64,000 nucleotides of DNA from Methanotrichaceae archaeon (GCA_963803145.1 CAWDLW010000008.1:1-64000); one strand, 5' to 3'. Counted from the stretch's first letter, positions 1-10,707 are shown. Notes: generated by a model from the letters alone, not told the origin. Numbers and translations: made by a program.

Positions 1-61
1 TCTTATATCATTTATTTGCCTTCCGTTAACTTCATCTCATATCATGCATTAAGAAAATTTC

Positions 62-2446
62 ATGGGCGATAGCTACAATAGCATATTCATCAGCTATGCA
101 TGGGAGGACGTAGAATTTGCATTAAGACTTTATGATGATTTACGTAACGCTGGTGCAGATGTTTGGCTTGATAAAAAGGAAATGTGTACTGGACAAAAAT
201 GGAAACCTGCTATCAGGAGTGCTATCAGAAAGAGCCGCTACTTCCTAGCATTACTCTCTAGCAATTCAGTTAAGAAACGTGGCTTCGTTCAAGCGGAAAC
301 GGCAGAAGCATTGGATATGCTTAAAGAGTTTCCTGAATCTGAAATATATATTATTCCAGTTAGGATCGATGATTGCGATCCATCTCATGAACGTCTTCAT
401 GAGATCCATTGGACCGATTTGTTCCCTTGCTGGAAGAAGGGTTTTACAAGGCTATTGCTATCTCTTCAAATTCAACCCAATATCCCAAATTCATTGCTGG
501 AAACGGGTCCCAGTTCTGCTCTTGCATGGTGTGTGGAAGGTCGCAATTACTGGGACCAAGACAAATATGATGAATCAATTAAATATTATGATAAAGCTAT
601 TGAAATTGATCCACGGTTTATATTAGCCTGGATCTATAAAGGCGACTCTCTTGGAAGTCTGGAAAGGTATGATGATGGAATCCAGTGTTATAATAAGGCA
701 ATTGAAATTGACCCACAGGATATTGATGCCTGGATTAACAAAGGCTATGATCTTAATAAACTTTGTAAGTACGATGAAGCAATCCAATGTTGTGATAAAG
801 CTATAGAGCTTGATCCTCAAAATGCAAATGCTTGGGGTATCAAAGGCTCTATTTTTCAAAATCTAGGCAAGTTCGATGAAGCACTCCTATACTATGATAG
901 GGCTATTGATCTCGATCCGAAAGATATGGTAGTTTGGTATTCAAAAGGTGACGTTCTAAGAGATCAGGGCAATTACGATAAGGCTATTCACTGCTACGAT
1001 AAAGCCATCGAGATCGATCCCAAAAATCCACTTTCTTGGGGCTTAAAAATAGACATACTTAATACCCAAGGCAGATACGATGAAGCAATCCAGTGTAGCG
1101 ATAGGGCTATCGAGATCAATCCCCAAAACGCATGCGCATGGGGGGGTAAGGGTGATGCTCTTAATGATATGGGCAAGTATGACGAAGCAATCATGCATTC
1201 TGATAAAGCAATTGAAATTAATCCTGGATATTCCAGAGCCTGGGTTACAAAAGGAGAAGCTTTCAATAGTCTAGGCAAATACAACGAAGCGATCTATTGT
1301 TTTGATAAATCTCTTGAGATTAATCCGCAGAATTTGCGTGCTTTGTGTATGAAAGGATATATATGTAATATATTAGATAATTACGGTGAAGCGATCATGT
1401 ATTTTGATAAAGCTTTAGAGGTAAACCCACAGCAAACGGATGGATGGTTCGCTAAAGGTTGTATCCTAAAAAAAATGGGCAAATATGATGAAGCAATCTA
1501 TTATTGCGATAAAGCTATTGAGATAGATCCCCAACATGACGCTGCTTGGTCTGCTAAAGGCGATGCTCTTGAAAGTTTGAAAAGGTATGATGAGGCGACC
1601 TCATGTTTTGACAAGGCTTTGGAAATAAATCCTCAAGATACAGATACTTGGTTTGCTAAAACGAAAATTTTTCTGGAGAAAGAAAAATATGAGGAAGCGA
1701 TTTGTTGTCTTGATAAGGTCCTTGAGATTAATCATAAGGAGGGGGATGCTTTGTATGGCAAAGGCTGTATCTTATTTAAATTAGGCAAATACGATGAAGC
1801 AATCCAGTGTAGTGATAAAGCCATTGAGATCAACCCGTTAAATACAGATATATGGTATCTAAAAGGCAAAGTCTTCAATAGCCTTGGCCAGTACGATGAA
1901 GCCATACGGTGCTATGATAAAATTATAAAAATTAATCCTTATGATGTAGATGCTTGGTGCTACAAGAGTAGTAATCTCGATGATCAAGGCAGATATGATG
2001 AAGCTATCCAGTGCTGCGATAAAGCCCTAAAAATCAATCCAGAAGATGCTGAGATCTGTAGTTTAAAAGCATATATTCTCAACAATCAGGGCAAATATGA
2101 TAAAGCCCTTGAAGTTATTGATAAGGCAATCCAGATAGATCCAAATTCTGCATCGCTCTGGGATAATAAAGGTTATGTACTCAATGGATTGGGTAAATAT
2201 AATGAGGCTCTTGAGGCTTATGAGAACGCTATTGGTCTTGATCCAAAATTCGCTAGACCTTGGAATGGTAAAGGCAGCACTCTTGCTAACCAGGGTAAAT
2301 ATGGTGAGGCATTAGAAGCTTATGAGAAAGCTATTGATCTTGATCCAAAATTCGCTGACCCTTGGAATGGCAAAGGTAGCGTTCTTAAATTACTTAAGCG
2401 GGGTAAAGAGGCAGATGCTGCTTTCGCTGAGGCCAAGAAATTTTAA
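62..2446 (+). CDS. TIR domain + long TPR array protein
   Basis: N-terminal TIR_2-like motifs (IFISYAWED, VWLDK, FVQAE, IIPVRIDDC) followed by about 19 consecutive 34-aa TPRs (consensus YDEAIxCxDKAIEIDP). Confidence 0.9.
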   Translation: MGDSYNSIFISYAWEDVEFALRLYDDLRNAGADVWLDKKEMCTGQKWKPAIRSAIRKSRYFLALLSSNSVKKRGFVQAETAEALDMLKEFPESEIYIIPVRIDDCDPSHERLHEIHWTDLFPCWKKGFTRLLLSLQIQPNIPNSLLETGPSSALAWCVEGRNYWDQDKYDESIKYYDKAIEIDPRFILAWIYKGDSLGSLERYDDGIQCYNKAIEIDPQDIDAWINKGYDLNKLCKYDEAIQCCDKAIELDPQNANAWGIKGSIFQNLGKFDEALLYYDRAIDLDPKDMVVWYSKGDVLRDQGNYDKAIHCYDKAIEIDPKNPLSWGLKIDILNTQGRYDEAIQCSDRAIEINPQNACAWGGKGDALNDMGKYDEAIMHSDKAIEINPGYSRAWVTKGEAFNSLGKYNEAIYCFDKSLEINPQNLRALCMKGYICNILDNYGEAIMYFDKALEVNPQQTDGWFAKGCILKKMGKYDEAIYYCDKAIEIDPQHDAAWSAKGDALESLKRYDEATSCFDKALEINPQDTDTWFAKTKIFLEKEKYEEAICCLDKVLEINHKEGDALYGKGCILFKLGKYDEAIQCSDKAIEINPLNTDIWYLKGKVFNSLGQYDEAIRCYDKIIKINPYDVDAWCYKSSNLDDQGRYDEAIQCCDKALKINPEDAEICSLKAYILNNQGKYDKALEVIDKAIQIDPNSASLWDNKGYVLNGLGKYNEALEAYENAIGLDPKFARPWNGKGSTLANQGKYGEALEAYEKAIDLDPKFADPWNGKGSVLKLLKRGKEADAAFAEAKKF

Positions 2447-2763
2447 TTGCAATGATAGTGTCGCGTGTGATTACACGTTAAATGATTTTTATGATATTCT
2501 TCATAGAGCAAGGGATCATGTTCTATATCACAGTCATATAATGATTCTTCTAGAGTGCTGTTATAGCCCGAAGCTGAAATCACTATCCCCGCATATAGGC
2601 ATATTTCATAAAATCGCAGTCAGAAGGATTATTTATCTAGTTTGTGGATTTAATGTTACTAGTAAAACCTAGGACATATTGAATGTTTTGAGTTTTCTCA
2701 AATTGCCATTGGGCAAGGGATATCCACACGTTTTTGCCAAGTTTACGATCCAGAGGGATTAAT

Positions 2764-3039
2764 CCCACATCCCGCAGGTAGGTCATTAAGAATTCTGAAT
2801 TTTCCAGTTTTACAAATTGGGAGTTAGGATTTAATTATAGACGCATTTATGGTTAGAATAAATATAAATAATTAAAATAGAGTCCAAGCATGTCAACACG
2901 TCTTCGGGGTAATTGATGTTATAATTATTAGAAAATATAATTCTAGCTCAAGATTAAGTGATCGCTTCTATGTGATTTTTCAGAAAACCGTTATCAGGAA
3001 AAATGCTAGGTTTTGGAAGTTGCACCTGCGGGATGTGGG
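2764..3039. mobile_element. MITE, 276 bp, non-autonomous; ends resemble IS1634 family
   Basis: Perfect 16-bp TIR CCCACATCCCGCAGGT (2764-2779) / ACCTGCGGGATGTGGG (3024-3039), flanked by ATTAAT at 2758-2763 and 3040-3045; AT-rich interior with no ORF. Family assignment is from recalled end similarity. Confidence 0.8.
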
Positions 3040-3194
3040 ATTAATCGCAAATCCAAGAGGAATAGAGAACGACCTAAGTCGGGACGAAGGGAATCTTTAT
3101 GTGCGGATTTTGATTAGACCATGAATAAGGACATTAAATATCTCGTGCGTATTCTTCTTTTTCCAACAACTCAGTATAGATAAACTACCCACGC

Positions 3195-4220
3195 ATGGGG
3201 CAGGAGCATAATAGTTTTGTATTTAATACTTCGATATCCTCCTTTATGTGTAGGGGGTGTGCTCTGTCCAAGAAACTCATTCTTTTAGCCCTGGTAATGT
3301 TGCTTTTACTATCCCAAAGCACTCTGGCAGAGCCTTCGAACCTGCCCTACCAAGTCGCAGGGAGCTCAGAGGGAAAGCCGATCATAGGAGCCTACTTTTT
3401 GATATTTGATGAGGGCTACGATCAGACGATGACAGTTCCTGACGCCATCCCCTGGAATAAGATCAACCGCCTCTATATCGCATTTGCAACCGTCAAAGAT
3501 GGCGTCCTGACAGATGCGACTGCTGATGGCACAACAGCTGAGCAGGCGGAAGAGAAGATAAGGAATGTTGTCAATCTGTGCCACAACGGAAATCCGGATG
3601 CAGAAATCTTCATCGCATCTAATTTCGGCGACCAATCTATGGATGACCAATATCTTGAAGCTGCAAGAGACCCCCAGAGGTTTGCCGACAGCGTCCTTGA
3701 TTACCTGCAAAAGTATGATCTTGATGGCTACGATATGGATTGGGAGACACACCAGATCAATGATTATGCGTGGGAACTCCAGACACTTCTCTCGACATGC
3801 AGTGCCACTCTGAAACAGGCGGGCCCAAATCCCCATGGCAAACCCTACAAAGTAAGCCATACCATCTGGCCTGGCGTGCACTCGCCAGAGACGGTCGCAA
3901 GCTTGAAAGATTGCGTTGATAACATCAACCTGATGACTTATGGGGCACAGAGCGGTGATGATCTCCGATCATATGCACAATCGTATCATGATGCAGGTTT
4001 CCCATACGAGAAGATGATCGGAGGAGTGGAGAGCGAGATTGATTACTCTGAGAACGGAGGGCAGGACACCCAAGATTCTATACAAGAAAAGTGCGATTTT
4101 GCGATAGAGAACAATCTGGCTGGCATGTTCTCATGGCGTCTTGACAACGATATGCGGACCCCAGGCAGCCCGCCCACCTTCCAGGTAGCTAACTGGCTTT
4201 ATGGGGCGATGTCTAGCTGA
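3195..4220 (+). CDS. Secreted GH18 glycoside hydrolase (chitinase-like); true start probably ~3246-3264
   Basis: Catalytic DxxDxDxE motif (DGYDMDWE), INLMTYG, GMFSW; signal peptide KKLILLALVMLLLLSQSTLA. Confidence 0.85.
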   Translation: MGQEHNSFVFNTSISSFMCRGCALSKKLILLALVMLLLLSQSTLAEPSNLPYQVAGSSEGKPIIGAYFLIFDEGYDQTMTVPDAIPWNKINRLYIAFATVKDGVLTDATADGTTAEQAEEKIRNVVNLCHNGNPDAEIFIASNFGDQSMDDQYLEAARDPQRFADSVLDYLQKYDLDGYDMDWETHQINDYAWELQTLLSTCSATLKQAGPNPHGKPYKVSHTIWPGVHSPETVASLKDCVDNINLMTYGAQSGDDLRSYAQSYHDAGFPYEKMIGGVESEIDYSENGGQDTQDSIQEKCDFAIENNLAGMFSWRLDNDMRTPGSPPTFQVANWLYGAMSS

Positions 4221-4306
4221 GAACTCGTAAATCCAACAGGAAAGTCGTACATTAAGCTTATAACTATTGGAATTAGTATTATATGTAAACCGATCTTCTA
4301 GGAGCA

Positions 4307-4603
4307 TTGATGATGGCAAAGTTACCTCCGAGGTCTCAAAAAAGCCCTCTCGTTGAACTGAGCGAAAAAAATGCAAATAGGTGTTTATGCCCTGGTTGTC
4401 CAACTTACAACTCCGATCCATGTCCGAACAAGAAGAATGAAAGAATATATTGCTCGATAGGACTGACCGATTGTAAGCTGCAGCAGAAAGGCTGCATCTG
4501 TCCCGATTGTCAGAATTTCAAGGAATATGGCCTGAAGGTAGGGTATTTCTGTGTCAAGGGAGAGGCAATGCAGGATGGGAACCCTGCACAAATGGGCAAG
4601 TGA
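4307..4603 (+). CDS. DUF2769-like Cys-rich small protein
   Basis: CLCPGCPTY...YCSIG...GCICPDC...YFC cysteine pattern typical of this methanogen family. Confidence 0.7.
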   Translation: MMMAKLPPRSQKSPLVELSEKNANRCLCPGCPTYNSDPCPNKKNERIYCSIGLTDCKLQQKGCICPDCQNFKEYGLKVGYFCVKGEAMQDGNPAQMGK

Positions 4604-4712
4604 ATATAAGAATTTTTTAACATTTTAAGAAGTATTTCTTATAGGCTAAAGAATATCGAAATCTATGAAGATGTCTAAGAGATGATTGAAGCTTAAGGCA
4701 TAGAATAATCCA

Positions 4713-5408
4713 TTAGTAGCCGGGAAAATATTCCTGCTTTATCTGCTTCTCTTGTACCCTTAGGTCTCTTAGAATAGAAACCATTACATCCACCATCTTC
4801 TGTGGACCACTGGTATAGAATACCCGCTCAGAATAATCAGGCATAAATTTCCTAACCATTTCGGCATCGATCCTCCCAGTCGCCCCCTTCCAGCCGGATC
4901 CTGGCCTGGTGATTGTATTAATCACTTTTATGTTAGCTCTTCGCTCCTGTATCTCTGCTAGCTCCTTCCCAAAGACGATATCATTTTCGTGGCTACTAGA
5001 GTAGAGCAGGATTATACTAGCACTCAAATTCTTATCGATCGAATACTTGATCATGCTTCGCAGTGGCGTTATTCCTATACCGCCCGTTAGCATGCCAACC
5101 TTTTCGTGCTCTCCTTGAAAGGTAAACTCGCCATAAGGACCTATTATAGAAACCTTATCTCCTTTCTCCAGGCTAGCCAGAGCATTGGCAAAGGGATGGC
5201 CTGTAAGCCTCTTTGTAATCTCAAGGAAGCCTTCAGTGGGGCTGCTGGATATGGTAAAGTGTTTGGTCATCTGGTCGGAATCGCTGCCCAAGGTTATGAA
5301 TAGGTATTGACCTGGCAGATAATCGAATTTCTGAGGTTTTGTAAATCTTATGCTTTTCACATCTGGTGTTCTCAGAACCGTCTCAATTAAATCGGTTTCA
5401 AAATTCAT
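4713..5408 (-). CDS. FNR-type FAD/NAD(P)-binding oxidoreductase
   Basis: PGQY, HFTISSSP, GPYGEF, GGIGITP, SGPQKM, EYF motifs. Confidence 0.9.
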   Translation of the reverse strand: MNFETDLIETVLRTPDVKSIRFTKPQKFDYLPGQYLFITLGSDSDQMTKHFTISSSPTEGFLEITKRLTGHPFANALASLEKGDKVSIIGPYGEFTFQGEHEKVGMLTGGIGITPLRSMIKYSIDKNLSASIILLYSSSHENDIVFGKELAEIQERRANIKVINTITRPGSGWKGATGRIDAEMVRKFMPDYSERVFYTSGPQKMVDVMVSILRDLRVQEKQIKQEYFPGY

Positions 5409-5557
5409 TATCTCCCCATTGCTGATTATTGGCTCTATTGATTGCTTATGGAATATATCTTCCCATTGGTTTAATCGTTTTGGAAGTTAGAGACTTTATC
5501 GTTTTATAGGATGGCATATCTAATAAAGTAATTAGGATTTCCTTATGAGGTGAAAAT

Positions 5558-7522
5558 ATACCTAGAGAGACCTTAATAAGTAATGGCAGGCTCGCCATCG
5601 GCTTTGATAATCAATCAAGGATCAGGGATCTCTACTATCCTCAAGTCGGCCTGGAAAATCATGTCGGAGGCCACATCTTCAGAAACGGCATCTGGGCAGA
5701 TGGATCTTTTAGTTGGATAGATGCTGACTGGGGTGTCAAGATGGAATACATGCCCGAAACTCTGGTCAGCAGGACAAAGGCAAGCCATCCTGGGCTCGGA
5801 ATATATTTGGAGACCAATGAGGGAGTCCACAGCTCTATAGATGCTTACTTGAAAAGGTTGATAGTACGTAATCTTAGGGATTATAGAAGGAAAATCCGTC
5901 TCTTTTTTAGCCACGATTTCCATATCTATGGAGATGCGTTCGGCGACACTGTGATGTATGATTCTGCCCTAAATTCCCTTATTCACTATAAACGTAAGCG
6001 ATATTTTCTCATCGGCGGCATTACGAGTCAAGGAAAGGGTGTCTACCAATTCGCTACGGGTACCAAGGAGATACCAGGCATATCAGGCACCTGGGTAGAT
6101 GCAGAAGATGGCGTTCTTGGCAACTTTCCAATTTCTCAGGGTTCTGTGGACTCAACGGTCTCCTTTGAAATAGATCTGCCGCCAAGGTCTGATGAAGAGC
6201 TGTACTACTGGATAGCCTGCGGCCAGAACATGGAGGATGTCCAAAAGCTGGATTCCAAGATTAAAAGGATAGGCGTGTATCAGCTTCTTCTGGAGACGGA
6301 GAACTATTGGGCTGCCTGGGTGAATAAAAAAGACTTGAATCTCAGCATACTTCCTAAGGAGGTAATTAGGATGTTCAAGGAGTCGCTGCTTGTAATGAGG
6401 GCCGGAATGGATAACGGCGGCGCAATAATTGCCTCATGCGATTCGGATAATCTTCAATTCAATAGGGACACTTATGCATATATCTGGATGAGAGATGGGG
6501 CACTCATAGCCAGTGCCCTGGATCTTGCTGGCTTCCAGGATGTATCCAGGAAGTTCTTCAGGTTCTGTAATGATACTGTAACCGATAAGGGATACTTCCA
6601 TCACAAGTATGCTCCGGACGGCTCTGTAGGCAGCAGCTGGCTTGCATCCATCGGCCCAAACGGCAGAGTGCAGCTCCCTATACAGGAGGATGAGACTGCT
6701 TTGGTTCTCTATTCGCTCTGGAGGCATTTCGAGAAATATCGCGACATTGAGTTCATTAAGGGAGTTTATGATAAGCTGGTGGTGAAGCCATCTGAGTTCC
6801 TTCTGGATTATATAGATCCGAGCACTGGGCTTCCGAGACCTTCCTTTGACCCCTGGGAGGAGAAGGTAGGAACCTCCACCTGGACTACTTCAACTGTCTA
6901 TGCGGCCCTCATGGCAGCCGCCAGTTTCTCGAAGATCTTCTTCGACCGCGATCGTCAGGAGACGTTAAGCAGAGCTGCGGCAGATATCAAGAGAGCCATG
7001 TTGACCAACCTATACAACAATGATAGTCGCAGATTTGCCAAAGCAATCTATGAAGACGGATCTCGGGATATGACTCTAGACAGTAGTATCTCTTCGATCT
7101 TTTTGTTCCGAGTCTTTGGCGTAGCAGATAACGTCGTAGAGGAGACTATGAATGCTGTAGCAGAGAGGCTTTGGGTAAGGACTGATATCGGAGGTATGGC
7201 ACGCTATGAGAATGATGAATATTTTAGGGTTTCGAGAGATGTTACTGGAAATCCCTGGTTCATATGTACTCTGTGGCTCGCCAGATGGAATATAGCCAAA
7301 GCTGCCAGCATCGATCAGCTCAAAAATGGATTGGATCTGCTTCTCTGGGCAGCAAACCATTCTCAACCATCTGGAATGATGGCAGAACAGATACACCCAT
7401 ATACCGGAGCTCCTCTATCGGTCTCGCCTCTCTCCTGGAGCCACGCTGAATTTGTAATTGCAGTCTACGAATACCTGGATAAATATCAGGAGATAATATC
7501 TGCTGCAATTAGCCCAATCTAG
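5558..7522 (+). CDS. GH15 glucoamylase/trehalase-like glycoside hydrolase; frame extends 61 codons upstream of the track ATG to an ATA codon
   Basis: GH15 motifs YIWMRDG, QEDET, DPWEE, AEQ, PLSWSHA; in-frame upstream translation IPRETLISNGRLAIGFD...RDLYYPQVGLENH looks like the family N-terminus; SD GAGGTGA at 5547-5553. Confidence 0.85.
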   Translation: MPRETLISNGRLAIGFDNQSRIRDLYYPQVGLENHVGGHIFRNGIWADGSFSWIDADWGVKMEYMPETLVSRTKASHPGLGIYLETNEGVHSSIDAYLKRLIVRNLRDYRRKIRLFFSHDFHIYGDAFGDTVMYDSALNSLIHYKRKRYFLIGGITSQGKGVYQFATGTKEIPGISGTWVDAEDGVLGNFPISQGSVDSTVSFEIDLPPRSDEELYYWIACGQNMEDVQKLDSKIKRIGVYQLLLETENYWAAWVNKKDLNLSILPKEVIRMFKESLLVMRAGMDNGGAIIASCDSDNLQFNRDTYAYIWMRDGALIASALDLAGFQDVSRKFFRFCNDTVTDKGYFHHKYAPDGSVGSSWLASIGPNGRVQLPIQEDETALVLYSLWRHFEKYRDIEFIKGVYDKLVVKPSEFLLDYIDPSTGLPRPSFDPWEEKVGTSTWTTSTVYAALMAAASFSKIFFDRDRQETLSRAAADIKRAMLTNLYNNDSRRFAKAIYEDGSRDMTLDSSISSIFLFRVFGVADNVVEETMNAVAERLWVRTDIGGMARYENDEYFRVSRDVTGNPWFICTLWLARWNIAKAASIDQLKNGLDLLLWAANHSQPSGMMAEQIHPYTGAPLSVSPLSWSHAEFVIAVYEYLDKYQEIISAAISPI

Positions 7523-7531
7523 GAGGATATC

Positions 7532-7834
7532 ATGTATCTCAAATTATGTGATATCAAGGATGTTCCAGATGGCAGTATTAGGCAGTTCGATCTCAGAGAT
7601 AATGAGTATTTGGTGATCAACTTAAAAGGCCAGTTCTTCTGTCTCGACGGCAGATGTACACATGCAGGCGCGCCTCTTGCAGAGGGGACTTTAAAAGGAG
7701 ATATTCTCACTTGTCCTTGGCACTACTCTCAATTCAATATCAGAGATGGCTCAGTAGTCAACGGACCAGCGAAAAACCCTCTCAATAGTTACAAATATAT
7801 AATCAAGAACGGCCAGATGATGATAGAGTTTTAA
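7532..7834 (+). CDS. Rieske [2Fe-2S] ferredoxin
   Basis: CTH...CPWH Rieske motifs; SD AGGAGG. Confidence 0.9.
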   Translation: MYLKLCDIKDVPDGSIRQFDLRDNEYLVINLKGQFFCLDGRCTHAGAPLAEGTLKGDILTCPWHYSQFNIRDGSVVNGPAKNPLNSYKYIIKNGQMMIEF

Positions 7835-7926
7835 CTGTAATAATAGCTAGCCTTCAGTTTAGCTGGCTCTTTAGGCTGCTACCTTCATAAAGTTCAAATA
7901 AAAAGTCCATTACAGACAGATAACCT

Positions 7927-8571
7927 ATGAATAAGCTATTGGCTTTATTATTAGTCTTCATATTAATAAAAGTCGCTATTGCGTTGCCAGATGAGGCCAT
8001 CGGACGCGTGGTCACCGTTGTTACAGGTGATACCTTTGGTATAGAACTAACGAAGCCAGATCCTAGGGCACGGCATATAGATCAGGTAAAGCTTGCAGAT
8101 GTAGTCGCCCCATCAACTTTGACGCCTGAAGGGAAAAATGCTAAGAAGTTCACAACATCTCTCCTTAATAATAAAACCGTATTTCTTGACATCGATAATA
8201 GCACTCCTAGCGGGAGGAACGATGTAGGCCAACTTGTATGCGTTGTTTATCTAATGGACTCCAATTCTCGCCCTGAGTGGCCATGCGTTAACAGGATTCT
8301 TGTGGATTCCGGCTATGCGGTCCTCAGCGATGATAAGCATAACGAGTTTAACACAACTACTTGGTGGCAGTCTCCTCCAGCTATGAAAGTGAGAAATCCA
8401 ATCGTTGCAAATAGCTATAAAGAAACTAGTGGCGATGAGTCCTCTATCCTGAAGACATCTCCGAATTCTACTATGGTCGATATAGCATATCGTGTACCTA
8501 AGGCCACAAACGGACCTAGTTCCAATGATGAAGCCAACATACCTATTCCGGTACTCTGTCAAAGCAAATGA
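7927..8571 (+). CDS. Secreted thermonuclease (SNase-fold)-like protein
   Basis: Signal peptide; VVTVVTGDTF, VKLADVVAP, GQLVCVVY, VNRILVDSGYA resemble SNase motifs; catalytic residues look degenerate. Confidence 0.65.
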   Translation: MNKLLALLLVFILIKVAIALPDEAIGRVVTVVTGDTFGIELTKPDPRARHIDQVKLADVVAPSTLTPEGKNAKKFTTSLLNNKTVFLDIDNSTPSGRNDVGQLVCVVYLMDSNSRPEWPCVNRILVDSGYAVLSDDKHNEFNTTTWWQSPPAMKVRNPIVANSYKETSGDESSILKTSPNSTMVDIAYRVPKATNGPSSNDEANIPIPVLCQSK

Positions 8572-8727
8572 CCTGGCAGACGCCGATAGCTATCCGCCTA
8601 AGAATAAAGGCATAAATCCATGGGCCATAAGCCTACAGGCTACAAGCCAATAGACGCCAGCGTTTGCTTCACAGCCCAGCTCTTATTTTTAGCCTGCACC
8701 GGATTTTGTCTGTTTCCCTGATTTCGG

Positions 8728-10398
8728 CTAATTTTCTTTTTCCATCTCAATGGCCAGGGTATTCGACCAGCTTGAAATCGACCCTTTGTTATCCATAGCG
8801 GCGACCTTAATCCGAAAGGTTCCTGGGTCCGTCCATTTATGGAATACTTTCATTTCCTGTCCCGATTTTACAAAATCAAGTCCAGTCCACGAGGTTGTTC
8901 CATCTCCCCAATCGAACACATATTTCACTTGATCTCCATCAGGGTCTCTTGCAGAAGTGATATATCCGTAGGTCCTTTGACACTGACCAGAGGTCGGACC
9001 AGACGGCCGGGCAGGAGGATCAGGCGAATCGTTGACAGCTATGGTGATCAGAAAGGGCCCGGACCAATTAGAAGGCGCGCCTTTGCAATCTACTGCATCG
9101 GCTTTGACAGCATAATTCCCTGCTTTGCCCCAGGTGTGCGATGCATTCTCCACTGATCCGGACTCAACATACTCCGTAGTAGATGTCTTCCCATCGCCCC
9201 AGTCTATGACATATTTGACAGGATCTCCATCAGGATCTTGCGCCATAGTAAAGTAGGTATAAGCGATCCCGGTATAGCCTGACCGGAGCCCGTAAAGGTC
9301 TCGCGGCTTAGCCGGCTGATCATTTGCAACTATGGTAATGCTTGTATCCTCAGACCAAATTGTCAGGCAGCCCATGCTATCCACAGCATTAGCGCGTATA
9401 CGATAGGTTCCGGGGATATTCCATGTATGCGTTGAGCTTACACTGATTCCGGATTCGGTGAAGTCGGATATATCCGATGTTCCATCGCCCCAGTCAAAGG
9501 TGTAAGCCAGAACATCATGATCAGGATCGGTTGATGATGTCAGGAATCGATAAGGTACTTTGGCATAACCGGATCGAGGCCCTGATGGATGAGATGGACG
9601 GTCAGGAGGTGTATTTATGATTATCGTTATAGGTCCTGACCATTGGGAAGATGAGCCTCTGCAGTCTGTGGCATAGGCGTTCACCTGATAAATCCCTGCC
9701 TTGGCCCAGGCATGTGATGAGCTCTCCTTATTATCGGACTCAGTCCAATTTGTTGTAGAGAACGATTCATCTCCCCAATCGAAGGTATACTTCACTCGAT
9801 CTCCATCGGGATCATTTGCAGATGTTGTGAAGGAGTAGAAATACCCAGGCCTGCCCGAGGTCTGACCTCTAGGCGCAGAAGGCCTGCACGGTTGTGAATT
9901 GATGACAACGATAAGTGGGTCTGACCACTGTGAAGATGAGCCATGGCAATCTGTGACCCTGGATTTGATCCGATAGGTCCCCGCCTTGTTCCATCTGTGA
10001 TTGAGGAAAGTCTTCGTTCCTTGGCTTGATACGCATAGCGTTGAAGCTGTTCCGTCTCCCCAATCAACAGTGTAGCTCAACTGATTTCCCTCCCAGTTGG
10101 TTACAGATATGGAATAGCTGTAGGGCATCGCTGGCATGCCGGAAATCGGGCCCTTTGGCTTAGGAGGCGTTTCGGGAGGATGATTAAAGGCTGCAGGAGG
10201 GATGATGGGATGATCCAGCCAGTCGTGCTTAATTGACTCGCCGATATCGAAAATTTGGCTATTCATGACGAAGATCCCATTTTCGTTATGAGACTGAGCT
10301 TGAACTGAGATCGGGGAGGATAAAAGCAGTATAAGGATAAAGAATTCTTCACCTGTTATGCCGCCTCTCTTCAATCTCACGCTTTTATTGATAGCCAA
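8728..10398 (-). CDS. Surface protein with five PKD-like domains
   Basis: Five repeats of YxxDWGDG...HxWxxxGxYxI; N-terminal hydrophobic segment. Confidence 0.85.
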   Translation of the reverse strand: MAINKSVRLKRGGITGEEFFILILLLSSPISVQAQSHNENGIFVMNSQIFDIGESIKHDWLDHPIIPPAAFNHPPETPPKPKGPISGMPAMPYSYSISVTNWEGNQLSYTVDWGDGTASTLCVSSQGTKTFLNHRWNKAGTYRIKSRVTDCHGSSSQWSDPLIVVINSQPCRPSAPRGQTSGRPGYFYSFTTSANDPDGDRVKYTFDWGDESFSTTNWTESDNKESSSHAWAKAGIYQVNAYATDCRGSSSQWSGPITIIINTPPDRPSHPSGPRSGYAKVPYRFLTSSTDPDHDVLAYTFDWGDGTSDISDFTESGISVSSTHTWNIPGTYRIRANAVDSMGCLTIWSEDTSITIVANDQPAKPRDLYGLRSGYTGIAYTYFTMAQDPDGDPVKYVIDWGDGKTSTTEYVESGSVENASHTWGKAGNYAVKADAVDCKGAPSNWSGPFLITIAVNDSPDPPARPSGPTSGQCQRTYGYITSARDPDGDQVKYVFDWGDGTTSWTGLDFVKSGQEMKVFHKWTDPGTFRIKVAAMDNKGSISSWSNTLAIEMEKEN

Positions 10399-10707
10399 AT
10401 TGTTATTTAGATTTTTCTACAGACATTTTATTATTCATAAATTCCCATAGTATATCTTATTTACATTTGATGCAAAGTAGACGCTTTTTAATAAAAAGGA
10501 TCTCCTATCGCTCTTCTGTGGACTTTTTTGGAGAAAATATTCGAATACAGTTATTATAGCTCAGTATGCAGCAATGCGTGATCCAACAATCCGCGATTAA
10601 TTCGAATGATTTCTACATATTACGGCGAAGAATGAAATACCGATAATCTGTCGTCTTGATTTAATAGGGTTACAGGCAGTCAATGAATTCTAGCATAACG
10701 ATTTAAA

